Of a stretch of DNA of 64,000 nucleotides, positions 1 to 14,277 are shown piece after piece. The notes beneath the pieces were generated by a model, which had not been told where the DNA came from, searched no databases, and worked only from the letters and a program-made list of their open reading frames with translations. The DNA comes from Octopus vulgaris. Taxonomy: Eukaryota. The stretch is from the NCBI GenBank assembly GCA_951406725.2, contig OX597840.1, positions 23,622,001-23,686,000 of the forward strand, in the 5' to 3' direction. Position numbers and translations under genes: made by a program. The first letter of the stretch is position 1, and each line of letters opens with the position of its first letter.

Positions 1-230
1 GGTCGATAAATTAAGTACCATCGAGCGTGATCGTTGTCAGTGCCGCCTGACTGGCTCCCGTGCCATTACCACGTAAAAAGCACCATTCGAGCGTGGTCGT
101 TACTAGTGCCGCCTGACGAGCTCTTGTACCGGCGGAATTTGAACTCAGAACGTAACGGCAGACGAAATACCGCTACGCATTTCGCCCGGCGTGCTAACGG
201 TTCTACCAGCTCGCCGTCTTAAGGTGGTTG

Positions 231-310
<80 letters not shown>

Positions 311-311
311 C

Positions 312-393
<82 letters not shown>
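231..393. repeat. (TATC)n microsatellite; other simple repeats include (TTA)n at 1240-1990 and 31300-31720, (TA)n at 5540-5850, (TG)n-like at 27530-27760 and (TATG)n at 28150-28500
   Basis: Direct inspection. Confidence 0.98.
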
Positions 394-394
394 T

Positions 395-965
395 TGCCGT
401 TCTTATTGATTATAAGTTGGCCAAAAGGGTATGCAACATCAACTATATAGCATATGTGGTGCACCTTGTCTGGTCTGTTATGCTCTAGCACCTGATCTGT
501 TTAGATTGGGAAATCCCAGATGACTTTGCTAGTCTCTGACTCTGCTACTCTCTGCGTTCTGTTCTCATACCACGTCTTGCCTCTCTCTAGCCCCAACTTT
601 TCGCACAGTTTCCAGTGTAGCACTTTCGCTACCTGATCGTGTCGTTACAACTTGTTATGGTTTGGAGCAAGTCAAGGGCATTCGTTCGTGATGTGGGCAA
701 TGGTTTCATCTACTCTGTTGCAGATGCGGCACAGCGTAGACACTTGCTTATTCCTCAGGTGGACCCTCCAGTTCGTGGCCAAAGCTTGGTCATGCACTGC
801 CAGTATAATGCTTTCGGTTTCTTTATTATTATTTTTAATGTTCCTTTCATCAGCCAATCCCACCTACTTTTTCTAGCAACTTTTGTTGTGACTACATGGA
901 ATTGATTGTGGAGTCACTTGTTGCATAATCCTTCTTTAGCCCCTTGAAAGAACATAAAGAAACAA
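395..965 (-). mobile_element. Degraded R4/Dong-like LINE fragment
   Basis: KETESIILAVHDQALATNW and CRICNRVDETIAHITNEC match the same region of the 29-31 kb element. Confidence 0.75.
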
Positions 966-1213
966 TTATTATTATTATTATTATTATTATATGAAAACCC
1001 AAAGCTTATTTTGCTGGGTATCATGGAAAATGTCAGCTGACTAAGGTGACACTTGTTTACTTAAAACATGACCAGTAAACAAGTGTCACCTTAGTCAGCT
1101 GGCTGAGGACAGCTGACACTTTCCATCATACCCAGCAAAATAAGATGTGAGTTTTCATAAGATAATAATAATAATACGGCAGTAAACTAGCGCGCAGTCA
1201 CTCCCTTCTTCTT

Positions 1214-1291
<78 letters not shown>

Positions 1292-1631
1292 GAGTGAGAG
1301 TGCAGTGCATGCCATCAAAGTGACACTGGGGTAAAATATACGAAGCCCAGCATACCCATCATGACTACCCGTCTGATAAAGGTACACCAGGCACTATTAT
1401 TATTATTATTTATGGGGTTTTCTTCTTCTTTCAAATTTGCTTCCATTTCTAGCCGAGTGTCTTCCCGACTCCTAGGGCAAAGAAACTCATAGTATACATT
1501 GGTAGGCCATTAAACTAAACTCACTAGTTCGTTGGTTTTTTTTTGTTGATAGAAATAAAGTTAAATTAAAATACATGGGTAGTAATAGTTCTCACATCGA
1601 CAATGCTCTTCTCAATACGTGTGATGTACCA

Positions 1632-1696
<65 letters not shown>

Positions 1697-1710
1697 CTCT
1701 TATGATAAAA

Positions 1711-1915
1711 GGCGGCGAGTTGGCAGAATCGTTAGCACTCCAGGCGAACTGCTTAGCGGTATTTCGTCTGCCGCTACGTTCTGAGTTCAAATTACGCCGA
1801 GGTCGACTTTGCCTTTCATCCTTTCGGGGTCGATAAATTAAGTCCCAGTTGCATATTGGGGTCGATCTAATCGACTGTCCCCCAAAATTTCGGGCCTTGT
1901 GCCTAGAGTAGAAAA
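1711..1915 (+). mobile_element. SINE family 2; other copies at about 130-218 (-), 13275-13375 (-), 13615-13830 (-), 19268-19670 (+), 21950-22090 (-), 25770-25950 (+), 41915-42080 (+), 50420-50580 (-)
   Basis: Dispersed consensus ggcggcgagctggcagaatcgttagc...gagttcaaattccgccgaggtcgactttgcctttcatcc with a B-box-like gagttcaaatt. Confidence 0.88.
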
Positions 1916-1957
1916 GATTATTATTATTATTATCATCATTATTATTATTTATTATTA

Positions 1958-2020
<63 letters not shown>

Positions 2021-2179
2021 TCAGGCATAGTGTATCTAGGACTATACTATAGAATGTGTCAATGTGTACATCACTGAAGTGAACTGAAAGTTCGGCTGCT
2101 GTTTCTAGCAGAAGAATTCACTACATAGTGCCTGCCCTCAATGACTCATTCATTAGCAGTGTGAAGCAGCAGTAGCAAC

Positions 2180-2229
<50 letters not shown>

Positions 2230-3466
2230 GAATGGGATTGAACCGGAATCATGTGGTTCGGAAGCAAGCTTCTTACCACCCAGCCTCGCCTTATAGATAT
2301 ATATATGTTGCTGACAGTAAACTTCATTTCTCCCTCTGATCAAGGTTCTAGCTGGTTAGTCAGACTTCGTTGTCACCGATGTGACTAACTGATTGAGTCG
2401 TCACCATGTGACTGGACTCGTTGAGTCGTCACCGACTGATTTTTGCTTTTATAACTATCCAGAAGGATAGAAATATCATTGAGAACAATAGATTTAGATG
2501 GTGGTCTTGTTATCTCTGTTGTAGCTTTTGGTGAAGTAGAAGAGATTAGAAAGGGTCATGTGGTGAAGACATTATTTCGGCCTAGCTAAAGGCATCTGGA
2601 AAATGTAAAACTGTTGTCAGAGTAAAACCATTGTTCCACAGTGGGAGAAGTTCTGTTGCAGTGTTAATTTAAATTTGGCTATAGTGGATCGAATCCACTT
2701 CATGCTTGCAAGATCCACTACAGATAAATAGAAAAAGGTTGTCTGTCAGTAGAGAGCGAAAGAGTAAGGAATACATGGTGCTGACTAGAAAGGAAGAAAG
2801 GATAAAGGCGGCATCGCCTTTCTTGCAGCCGAAAGCCTCGCTTCGCATTCGAGTGAAGGGCGAAGGGAAGTGCTGCTGTTGATTAAGTCTGACGCAAAAG
2901 CGGGTGTTGCTCCTTGGTCAGGCTGACACCTAAGAGGAAGAGATAGGAAATTCTCTCTGTTATATAGACTATGGTCAGTAATGTAGGTCAAACCTTAAAC
3001 AAAGGACTGACCTTTCCTTGACCAGTACAGGTCCTAGGTGATGGAGTGTTTCCTCATCAATCATCTGGTGTGAAGAGGGTTTCCCGTTCGTTTTTACAAG
3101 CAACAAACAGTTCGATTTGGTTTCAAATCTCAGGTAGGTTCAAGCTAGATCCACACACACACACACAACATATATAATGGACTCTCCCATCATTAGACGA
3201 CATATGAGGGTTCGACAATTTCTTGCCAAACAACCACAAAGATGATTTGTTTATAATGATCCAATGTTTGTATAGACATAAGCTCACTCCTTCCATCAAA
3301 TCGTATTACCTGTACAGGTGCAACTGGGTGCCACATGTCAGATGCCGAAATGATAGCAGAGCAACATGAAATGAAGTGCTTTGCTCAAGAACACAATGCA
3401 ATGCCCGGTCTGGAAATCGAACCTACGGTCTCGCAATCGTGAGTGCAACACCCTAACCACTATATA

Positions 3467-3858
3467 TCTATTATATAAAATCCGTTCTGTCTGTCTGTGT
3501 GCGTGTCTTCTAGGATCTCGAGCATCCTCCATCCGATTGTGCTCAAATTTGATATGTAGCTACCGACGGTATCAGGGCGTGTATAAGTCTTGAAAAAATT
3601 ACAAAAATCGATTCCAGGTGAGAATGCGATCGATAAAGCCGTGGGAACGTGCATTTGTACGTACAAGTACATCAGCTGTTACGATCGATACTACTCGTAC
3701 ACGAGAAAAATGCACGGTGTCTCAAATTTAGGTTAAATCAGTGTTTCTCAAAGGGGGAGGGCTATGGGACGGTCGGACAAGTTGTTTTGAGAAAATTTGT
3801 TTTAAATGTTTGACAACTCAATACCGTCTATTGGACGGGTGGCGTTTTGCTCGTATAT

Positions 3859-3904
<46 letters not shown>

Positions 3905-3996
3905 CGGGTGGCTTATTCGCAATTTTACAACCTAAAGGCAGAAACGTATGCGTCACTAAAGTGACGAAGAGCACTAATCAGCATCAGGATTGCTAG
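3467..3996 (+). mobile_element. Probable non-autonomous Helitron
   Basis: A|TCTATTATATAAAA..(CTGT)n head and CTAG|T end; hairpin weak. Confidence 0.5.
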
Positions 3997-4344
3997 TAAT
4001 AGGAGTCAAAACAACTCAATAGCCACAGAATACACTGGTTCTATGGATCAATAGATCCTCGTTGATGTGTTGGTTCAAATCCATCCACATTAGAAATAAA
4101 GAAAAATTTACGCAGTTTGATATTGCGGATCTCTCCCTATTAGTATCTGAATCATTGTTGCTCAGTGGCGCAGCTAATTGGGGAGCAAGGGAAAGAACCG
4201 CTCCCCACGAACACATTATTCAAAATTGACCCTTTTTCAGTCCACTCACCAAATTTTTAACTCTAAAGTTCACTTGTACGATAAAATAATCTTTGCTCAC
4301 TTAACTGATCGAATGCCATACTACTTGTTGAAAACCATACCACA

Positions 4345-5065
4345 TTATATATGGACGCATAAGAGATGCAGTATAATCGCAGGAAAATTAATAGATGAGG
4401 TTGCTTTCGTGTGTGGAAGATGAGCAGGAACAATGAGTACTAAGAACACGAGGGATTTAAACTCTCCCAAATGCCCAGGAGGCTCTCTTGAGGTAGTAGA
4501 TAGTTTCTGCTGTTTAGGTGACCAAATTAGTAACAGTGGTAGATGCTCTGAAAGTATTGTTTCTAGAATAAGAATAGGATGAAGGAAGTTCAGAGATCTA
4601 CTGTCTCTGTTGGCAACAAAAGGGCTCTCTCTCCGAGTGAAAGGTAGGCTGTATGATACTTGTGTGAGAACAGCTATATTACATGGTATTGAGATATGGG
4701 ATCTGACTGCAGAGGACAGGTGTAGACTGGAGAGGAGTGAAGGTCGTATGCACCGTTGGATTTGCAACATTAGTGTGTATGACTGACAAAGCAAAACTGT
4801 GTTGAGAGAAAAGTTAGACGTAAGAGGGATTGAGTGTGGCATGCAGGAGAGGAGAATGCGTTGGTTTGGAGTAAAGACAACTGTACAGAAGAGCCAGTCA
4901 CTAAAAGTGGATGGTAACTGTGGAAGAGGGAGACCCAGGAGGACACGGGATGATGTGGTGAGGACCGATCTTAGGATGCTGGGGCTCACAGAAGAAATGA
5001 CAATGGAGCAAGATGAAGATGCTTGGTGATATGAAGTTCTAAAGAAGACCTGTCCACGTCAGTGA
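4345..5065 (+). mobile_element. RTE-clade LINE 3' fragment (degraded)
   Basis: KGLSLRVKGRLY, QERRMRWFG and GRGRPRRT; homologous to 57283-57960. Confidence 0.85.
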
Positions 5066-5365
5066 AACTGAATGCAAGAAGCATTGTGTCCCACCCACAT
5101 GTAACAACTTTTCACACACCCTACCCCAAGAAACCGAACTCCATCTCCTCTTCTGAGCTGCATCTTTCTCTTCCTCACATTTCCTCTTCATAAACTATGA
5201 TTGTCTTCCAATCCCTTATCCTCCCTTCACTGCCTTGCTCACTGGACTGCTGATCCCCATTTCCATTGTTCTACCCACCTTTTCGCCACTCTCTGCAATC
5301 CCTACTCCCTACTTGCACCTTCTTGGCAACACCTGACTACGTATATTACAACCTTCGTACCTATC

Positions 5366-5465
5366 NNNNNNNNNNNNNNNNNNNNNNNNNNNNNNNNNNN
5401 NNNNNNNNNNNNNNNNNNNNNNNNNNNNNNNNNNNNNNNNNNNNNNNNNNNNNNNNNNNNNNNNN
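5366..5465. other. Assembly gap (100 N)
   Basis: Run of N. Confidence 1.
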
Positions 5466-5528
5466 CGTGTGTCTGTATGCGGCAGCTTGCATGAATATAC
5501 ACGTATGTATATATATGTATTTATGCTT

Positions 5529-5848
<320 letters not shown>

Positions 5849-5852
5849 TATA

Positions 5853-6780
5853 TATTCCTTTACAATTCGATCTCCACATTCACTATCATTTCTTCTATTA
5901 CAGCGATGTCCACATACATTTCTCCCTTCTTTTTTCATATACATACATACATTTGTCTACCGTTTAAATGTTTGAACTTATAACACAATCTGCTTTTATT
6001 TTCTTCTACATACTAAACATCGCCATTCCCGCCCGTTTCTCTAAAAGTTCAACCTTTGCATATTCCCTTTAATTCGATCTCCACCATTCACTATCATTTC
6101 TTCCCCTGGCTTACAGCGATGTCCATGAGCAGGCTACGATTTCTCCCTTCTTTTCATACATACATACATACATTTGTCTACCGTTTAAATGTTTTGAACT
6201 TATAACCACCAATCTGCTTTGCTTTCCTTTTCTTTCTACATGCCACCCTAAAAACATCGCCATTCCCGCCCGTTTCTCTAAAAGTTCAACCTTTGCATAT
6301 TCCCTTTAATTCGATCTCCACCATTCACTATCATTTCTTCCCCTGGCTTACAGCGATGTCCATGAGCAGGCTACGATTTCTCCCTTCTTTTTTCATACAT
6401 ACATACATACATTTGTCTACCGTTTAAATGTTTTGAACTTATAACCACCAATCTGCTTTGCTTTCCTTTTCTTTCTACATGCCACCCTAAAAACATCGCC
6501 ATTCCCGCCCGTTTCTCTAAAAGTTCAACCTTTGCATATTCCCTTTAATTCGATCTCCACCATTCACTATCATTTCTTCCCCTGGCTTACAGCGATGTCC
6601 ATGAGCAGGCTACGATTTCTCCCTTCTTTTTTCATACATACATACATACATTTGTCTACCGTTTAAATGTTTTGAACTTATAACCACCAATCTGCTTTGC
6701 TTTCCTTTTCTTTCTACATGCCACCCTAAAAACATCGCCATTCCCGCCCGTTTCTCTAAAAGTTCAACCTTTGCATATTC
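5853..6780. repeat. Tandem repeat of about 239 bp: 3 near-identical copies plus one deletion-riddled copy
   Basis: Unit tattccctttaattcgatctccaccattcact recurs at about 6061, 6299 and 6538. Confidence 0.9.
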
Positions 6781-8677
6781 AGGGACGTAAGCACACCAGC
6801 ATCAGTTGTCAAACATTTTTGGGGGGACAAAAACAGACACACAAACATATATATATATCAAAATAAGCAACAAGAATGACTACGGAAATTTGGTACAATA
6901 GTTTTACGCTACATCATTTTATTAAATATTGTAAGTATTACAACAGTTTTAAAATGTAGAGCACTCATCATATAGAAACGATTGCACCAAATTACCGGAG
7001 TCATTCTTGTTGCTTATTTTGATTATAATCACCCCACAATTTTTTATGGATAACACCATACAATATTCTGGTGCATCTAAATTAAGTACCATATTCATTG
7101 GAATCTAAATTTTTACTGAACTTATGTATATATATATATGTATATACATATATTTCCATCTCCCAAATCTACACACATGGCTTTAGTTGGCCCGAGGCTA
7201 TAGTAGAAGACACTTGGCCAAGATGCCACACAGTGGGACTGAACCCGGAACCATGTGGCTGGTAAGCAAGCTACTTACCACACAAAGCCTATATATAATA
7301 ATAATACTTTTTTTCAAATTCTTCACATATGCATTCACATCAGTCATTATAAAAAAATATTTTTGTTTGACATATTATTTTTATGAAGAACTTTCTTTTA
7401 ATTTATTCAATAAAGAGCATTTTTCTTTTTTATTATATAATAAACATAAAAATATATATATTAATATATATATTTTATATACTTAGTTAACTATATTATA
7501 TTTATTTTTGATGAAGAAATTGTCTAATAATAACAAATAATATAAATTACATAATAATTTTTATATAGCTATACCTCGCTTTAACCAAAGTCATCATCAT
7601 TATAATCATTTAATGTCCGTTGTCCAAGTTGACATGGTTCGGACGGCTTGACCATGACTGGAAGGCTGCTCCAGACTGGGGGTGATTTGGCATGGTTTCT
7701 ACTGCTGGATGACCTTATCTAACACCAACCACTCTGCTTTTATGTGACCTCAGAGTCTGACAGAACTACGAATTTACTTGGCTTCATGGCCTTCACAAGC
7801 AAGATATAATACAAAAGGTCTGAGTTATTCATCATTGTCTCTGTGAGGCCAAACACTTGAAAGGTCCTTCCACACACCATCGACATTAGCTACTTTGCCG
7901 CCGTTCAAGAATTGGAACTGGAGATCGCCCATTTCCAATGACTTCAAGGGCCACCTCCCAGTGGAATCAGGCCTCAACAAAGAGCATTTTACGTGTCACC
8001 ATCAAATGTGCTTCTAATGTGACACCACCATCAATGCTTCTTTTTGTGTCATCTCATCACCATTACCAGTGCTTGTGATATGGGTCCAGCATCAGCACAA
8101 TTGCCTTTTTCCTGGGACCCTCACCAGCGAATTCTATGTGACAACAAACCCGACATGGTCCTCAAGGACCCTGTAAGACAAAATAGCTCAAAACTGGCAG
8201 GGAGGAAGGTAGTATTGAAGGAACGTCACTTTGTGCCAGTTGACAGATTTAAGGTACAAAGGGAACAGGGTCCAGATATAGAGCAAAAAAAAACAAGCAC
8301 AAAGTAAATATTTTATTCATTATTCTTTATTAAGAAATTCCTATAACTGATGAAAGGAAAAAGCCTGTGTTTTAGCAGACCAAATAGTGTTAATTATTGT
8401 TATGACTTAATAAATTTTGACATTGAGACAGTAACACGTCTCTGTGAATACCCACATGTTTATGCATGTGGCTTTTTCGAGAGAATGATTTGCCACACAT
8501 GTCACACTGACATGGCTACTCTCATGTAGGGATTCGTTCATGTAAAGTTAAGTAAGGTCTATGAGAGAATGCTTTAACACAGACACGACCATTACATAGG
8601 TTGTGTCTGGTATGAACATTTTTGTGTGTAGTTACAACACCATTTGCAAAAAATGAATTACAACAACTAATGCAGGA

Positions 8678-9830
8678 TTATGTCTTCTCTACTGTATGTG
8701 TATGTGTGTGTCTATTCAACTGATGCCTTTGAGAAAATGACTCACCACAGATATCACAATGACAAGGTTTCTCACGAGTATGAATGCAATTGTAAGTAAC
8801 CAAATGACTATTACGAGAGAATGATTTACCACAATTATCACACTGATAAGGTTTCTCACCAGTATGAATGCGATTGTGAATAACCAATTGACTATTATGA
8901 GAGAATGATTTACCACAGATATCACAATGATAAGGTTTCTCACCAGTATGAATCTTCTTATGGTTAGTTAAAACTTTACGTTCACAAAATGATTTACCAC
9001 AAATATCACAATGATAAGGTTTCTCTCCTGTATGAATGTGTTTGTGATTAGTCAACTGCCTATTACAAGAGAATGATTTGGCACAGATATCAAAATGATA
9101 GGGTTTCTCTCTGCTTATGTTTAGTTAAAACGTTCTTTTTAGAGAATGATTTACCACAGATATCGCAATGATATGGTCTTTCTCCTGTATGAACACGTTT
9201 GTGCTTAGTCAATTGACTCTTAGAAGGGAATAACTTACCACAAATATCACAATGATATGGCTTCTCTCCTGTATGAGTAAGTTTGTGCCTAGTCAAGTGG
9301 TTACTTAGAGAGAATGATTTACCACAGATATCGCAATGATATGGTCTCTCTCCTGTATGAATGCGATTGTGATCAACCAAATTACTATTATGAGAGAATG
9401 ATTTACCACAGATATGACAATGATATGGTTTCTCTCCTGTATGTGTAAGTTTGTGGCTACTCAACTGACTACATTGTGAGAATGATTTACCACAGATATC
9501 GCAAAGATATGGCCTCTCTCCTGTATGAATGCGATTGTGAGTAACCAAACTACTATTACGAGAGAATGATTTACCACAGATCTCACAATGATATGGTTTC
9601 TCTCCTGTATGTGTACGTATGTGATCAGTCAAGTGAGTGCTTCCAGAGAATGATTTACCACAGATCTCACAATAATATTGCTTCTCTCCCGTATGTGTAC
9701 GTTTGTGTTTAACATCGTCACTACTGTAAGAAAATGATTTTCCACAGATATTCCAGTGATATGGCTTTTCTTCTTTATCAAGATTTTCTGATTCAGTTAA
9801 ATTATTCATTTTGAGAGAATTACTTATCAT
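8678..9830 (-). pseudogene. C2H2 zinc-finger gene (ZNF-A), frameshifted near 9105-9115: 6 intact fingers before the shift, about 5 partly decayed fingers after it (truncated gene or pseudogene)
   Basis: ORFs 9839-9090 and 9055-8678 are in different frames; linker deletion (CATAAG-CAGAGAGAAACCC); acceptor at 10105, donor at 12630. Confidence 0.82.
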
Positions 9831-11442
9831 ACACTTCACAATGATAAAGTGTTTTTCATTTCCATGAATATATTTCTGTTCACTTTTGTCACTTCATTCA
9901 GATAACAATTTAATGCAATGTTTCTTCCATATATTCCACAGAATGAAAAATATTCCGCTGTCTCTTGTTATAGACTGTATTTATATACAGAGGTAGACTT
10001 ATTCATGAATGCTCCTTACAAATATACTGTCTTCCTTTAGGTGATGAGAATATCAAAGACACTTCTGAATGGAGAGATTTCCTTAACGTCAAATGTTGTG
10101 ATATTCTGAAATAGGAAAAGAGGCAGTAAGACAAAACTGGATAGTTGACCAACATAAGTAATTAAAGATTGCAGATTTTATATCACTACCATTGTCATGC
10201 ATTTACTGTCCATGCTTGCATAAGTAGATTGAGTTGGAAGGTGTTAGAAGCTAATGGGAATGGAGCTAGCCAAAACGAAAATATAGTGGGCATAACAGAA
10301 TAGTGAGTTGATGCCATCCAGAATTTCACAGAGCAAAGTTGCCACAAGTGAAATGGGCTGTTTATGAAGTGATCAGAGTTAATGATAAAGAAGCATTGTT
10401 ACTCGTCTGCCGCCTTTCCGCAAACTAATTAAAACTCCCACTTCTCTTCATGGATACTGAATTGCCCTCTAGGATCCATACGTGCCCACCCTGAAGGGCT
10501 GGAGAATGTCATAGCAGAACAGTGCTATGGTGTGACAACTAAAATAGCTTGCTACAATATTAAATACTGGCAGAATCTCTAAGATGCCGGATTAATTGCT
10601 TAACAGCATTTCGTTCGTAAATAGCTTTGTCAAACTAGAGATAAAAGCAATCAGGAATGGGAGTGTGTCTGTGCATTGTTTATTTCTCTTCAATCAGGTA
10701 CACACTGTGAGGGCGAGTACGATCGATCATTTGAGCATCCAGATGCCCCTCCCACCTAACCACAATCCCTTCTCTGAACACCAGATTGCTAGCTAGCCCA
10801 CAGTGAAGGTCCCTCTTTATATTTCGTCTGTCATAAGTTGGTGCCCCAAACGTCTTTCCTTTCAAAGCATGACTTCCACTGAGGTCGACTTTCATCCTTT
10901 CGAAGTAAATAAAATAAGCAGTAGAGCACTCGAGTCCCTGAAATTAACTCGTCCCCTTTCTACAAATTTCAGGTTTTGTAATTAAAAATACAAAAAGAAA
11001 AATCATTATTATTATTATCATCAACATTAATATTTTATAAACCCCAAAAAGTAGAGTCGGCTCATGGAGCAAAATCCTGACTGCAAATACATCTTACAAT
11101 TTCATGAGTCCTTTATTAAAAAAAGGGACAATGGTAATTATTCTCCTTCCTCTCGCAGGTGTTACGACCACTCACGGAAACGGAGACACACGTCTTTGTG
11201 AGCAGAAGGATCTCCTCAGTAGAATCAATAGCTGCAAACCATCTGAACACCTCACAGGTTGTGTCCGGGTAGAATGGATATAATTCGCCTCTACTCATCT
11301 ATAGACAGAGATTTTCTTGTGGGGTGCTTGTAAAGACAAGAACATTACATACGTTGGTGAGACATCTAGAAGCATTGCAGGGGGATGAAATAAAAATTAG
11401 AGGCAGCATGACCACATAACCAGTCCTCCATACTCTACCAAA

Positions 11443-11821
11443 GGTACTACTCAAAAAGAATGGTCCCGGTGCGCGCACTCGTGCTAGTCCGTCGTGACTG
11501 GTCGATCCGTCAACGACTACCTAGCGCGAGTACGCAAATTAACAGATGCGCGCATAATAATATATGTATATAATGGCTGAATATATATCAAATAAAATGG
11601 GTTTTGCCTTAAACAAAGTAAATAAAAGACTCAACAAAAGAAATTACTTACTTTGTGTTTTATTTTCTTTGTTTAAAAAAAGTTATTTGTTAAAAACAAA
11701 CCTCATACATGTCTAGCGCATGCGAGTGTGATTTTTAGTCGCGCACTCGCGTTACGTAATCTTTGTAAGATCGACAAGTCACGACTAGCTAGCACCGGGA
11801 CCACGCTTGTAGAAAAGTACC
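11443..11821. mobile_element. MITE with imperfect TIRs in the ZNF-A intron
   Basis: ggtact...tggtcccggtgc...tcgtgac.ggtcgatc is mirrored at the right end; no TSD visible. Confidence 0.65.
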
Positions 11822-12738
11822 CATATGTATAAGCATAAATACATATATTAATAAAAGAATTACTTACATAATCCAAATGTCCGTAGTATATATATATACA
11901 TGTATGTATAAGCATACCTATATATACATATGTGTATATTCATGCAAGCTGCCGCATACAGACACATGCACAGCAACAAACAAAAAGAAACAGCTCCAAT
12001 AATGGACATGGTCAAGAACCAGTGAAGAGGTTGCAAGAAGTAAGGAATATTTTAGAAAATAAATAAATGAACGGTCCTCAAAAGTAACCCCCGAATTGTT
12101 TTCCCCCAAAATTCCTACTTTCTCGGAATCTATATCGTCCGAGGTATATTTGTAGAAAATTTCATTTAAAAATATAACATTTCTTGAAAGTTAAGAAGAA
12201 TTGAAGTTGACGCCGCTGAATTTTCCAAAACTCCTCACACCAAAAGCACTTTCCTACAAAAGTTTTGTATATTCGGAATGTACATACTATAACAAATATT
12301 CGTAGAATATTTAATTAAAGTTACGATCATCCAAAGTGGTGGGGCATGAATCTGTAGTTATGCCAGTTCTCCGTTTTACTCGTTAATCACGTTTTCTTCT
12401 CATTTTACAAATAAATTTCCTCTATATCACATCTAACAGCCGATAATAGGTTTTCAGAAACAACAAACCAACATTTCAGTTTGGAAGTTATTATTTAAGA
12501 CGAGGAAATGTATTTTCCTAAAGTTTTTATGTTTTCGCTTCGAAATAATTACTGTGACACCGAGAAGTTTACAGAATTCTATTAATTACATTGTTATTAG
12601 TAGTATTAGTATCATCATTGTCAACTTACCGTATTCAGACAAAAACTGCAAATCACAGACCGATAATTAATTAGTCTATTTAATAATAATGATGTTAATT
12701 ACAAAGCACCTTGCACACACGGGAAGCCAGTAAGTATA

Positions 12739-12771
12739 TGACGTCATCAAGAGTCAAAGCGCGCCTTCCGG
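12739..12771. promoter_or_regulatory. Possible promoter motifs between divergent ZNF-A and ZNF-B: CRE palindrome TGACGTCA and ETS-type CCGGAAG (minus strand)
   Basis: TGACGTCA at 12739-12746 and cttccgg at 12765-12771, about 110-140 nt upstream of the ZNF-A exon-1 donor; short motifs only. Confidence 0.3.
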
Positions 12772-13832
12772 GGCCGATCCATCAACGGCAGGAATTATTT
12801 CCCTTCATTTCATAGTATTTCTTCCTTCATCTCTGGCCCCGATTTGCTGTCTTACTTCAGATATCTTCTAAAGAGCAAGATGGGGTCGGAGAGAAAGACC
12901 CCCGCCACCGAATGTATACGAAAAACGATGGAAGGATGTGATGAGAAAGGTGGGAACCCAGCTTAATCATTGATAAAATCTTTATTATAATCATACGATT
13001 GTACATAGATTTGGACATAACAAGACAAACAATTACAAAGAATGTTATGAGAGTTCGAATGAAACTTAAAAATTTAGTTATAATATGACATAAACGAAAA
13101 CTTGGCTTACTTTTGCCTTCATAACGAGAACTTTAGTGCGTTTCTGTTTTAAATAACATTAGAAAACATAACATATGTTAAAATGAAAAGCGGGGAGAAG
13201 TGCAGGCTCCGAATTTTGGACCCGGCAGCCTATAAGGCCCAGGAACTAATTTTTCCTTTCTTTGATGATTACTGAAAAGTCGACCTCGGCGGAATTTGAA
13301 CTCAGAACGTCGCAGCAGACGAAATATCGCCAAGCATTTTGCCCGACGTGCTAACGTTTCTGCCAGCTTGCCACCGTCCCAGCTTAATCGTTGATGAAAG
13401 GAAAAGATCGTTGCCGGGCTTTAGAGGGTACCGGGTTCGAACTTTTAATCTTTTTGTTTGTTTTCGTTTTATTTTTTAAAAAGTTCTAGTTAAAGGAAAA
13501 TTTAATTGTTATATAAAATATTTCTAACATGTAAATTTTTAACATGTAACTCATTCAAACTCATATAACATTTTTGTCTTTTGTTTGACCTGTATTGTCC
13601 CATTCTATATATATTTCTTTACTACCCACAAGGGGCTAAACACAGAGGGGACAAACAAGGGATTAAGTCTATTATATCGACACCAGTGTTTCACTGGTAC
13701 TTAATTTATCGACCCCAAAAGGATGAAAGGCAAAGTCGACCTCAGCGGAATTTGAACTCAGAACGTAGCGGCAGACGAAATACTGCTAAGCCTTTCGCCC
13801 GGCGTGCTAACCTTTCTGCCAGATCGCCAAGA

Positions 13833-14277
13833 GGCGATGTTTCGCTTGTCGTAGCACAAGTTTCCGTCGATTTCCGTAAAAAATGTAAACACTGAATCGG
13901 CCATACATACACACATACATACACACACACACATACATAGATACATACACACACACATACATGCAGACATACATATACACATACACCGAGTAAAAAATTT
14001 CAGTTATCTCTTTCTTTCACACATTACTCTCTCTGTCTCTTCACACACACTAACAGAAGCACTTCACTTACACAACATACTGTCTGTCTCCCACACCCCA
14101 TCAAACACACACACACATGTACATCAATGCTTGCCATGCACGGTAACTTCAAAAGAACTTCCCTCGTCATACAATCGCTTTCTCTTAGTCTCTTTCGCTC
14201 TCATTACTTATGTAAAAAAATAAAAGTTTTTTACGGAAATCGACGGAAACTTGTGCTACGACAAGCGAAACATCGCC
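13833..14277. mobile_element. 445-bp MITE with about 50-bp perfect TIRs starting GG and an 8-bp TSD (Merlin-like signature)
   Basis: TIR ggcgatgtttcgcttgtcgtagcacaagtttccgtcgatttccgtaaaaaa; TSD cgccaaga at 13825-13832 and 14278-14285. Confidence 0.88.

Noticed and set aside
8044-8307. ORF MCHLITITSACDMGP..., near-identical to 17064-17402, suggesting a conserved small gene
   Set aside because: Lies in the duplicated ZNF 3' flank, antisense to the genes; identity reflects recent duplication, and the third copy (25.3-25.5 kb) is deleted.
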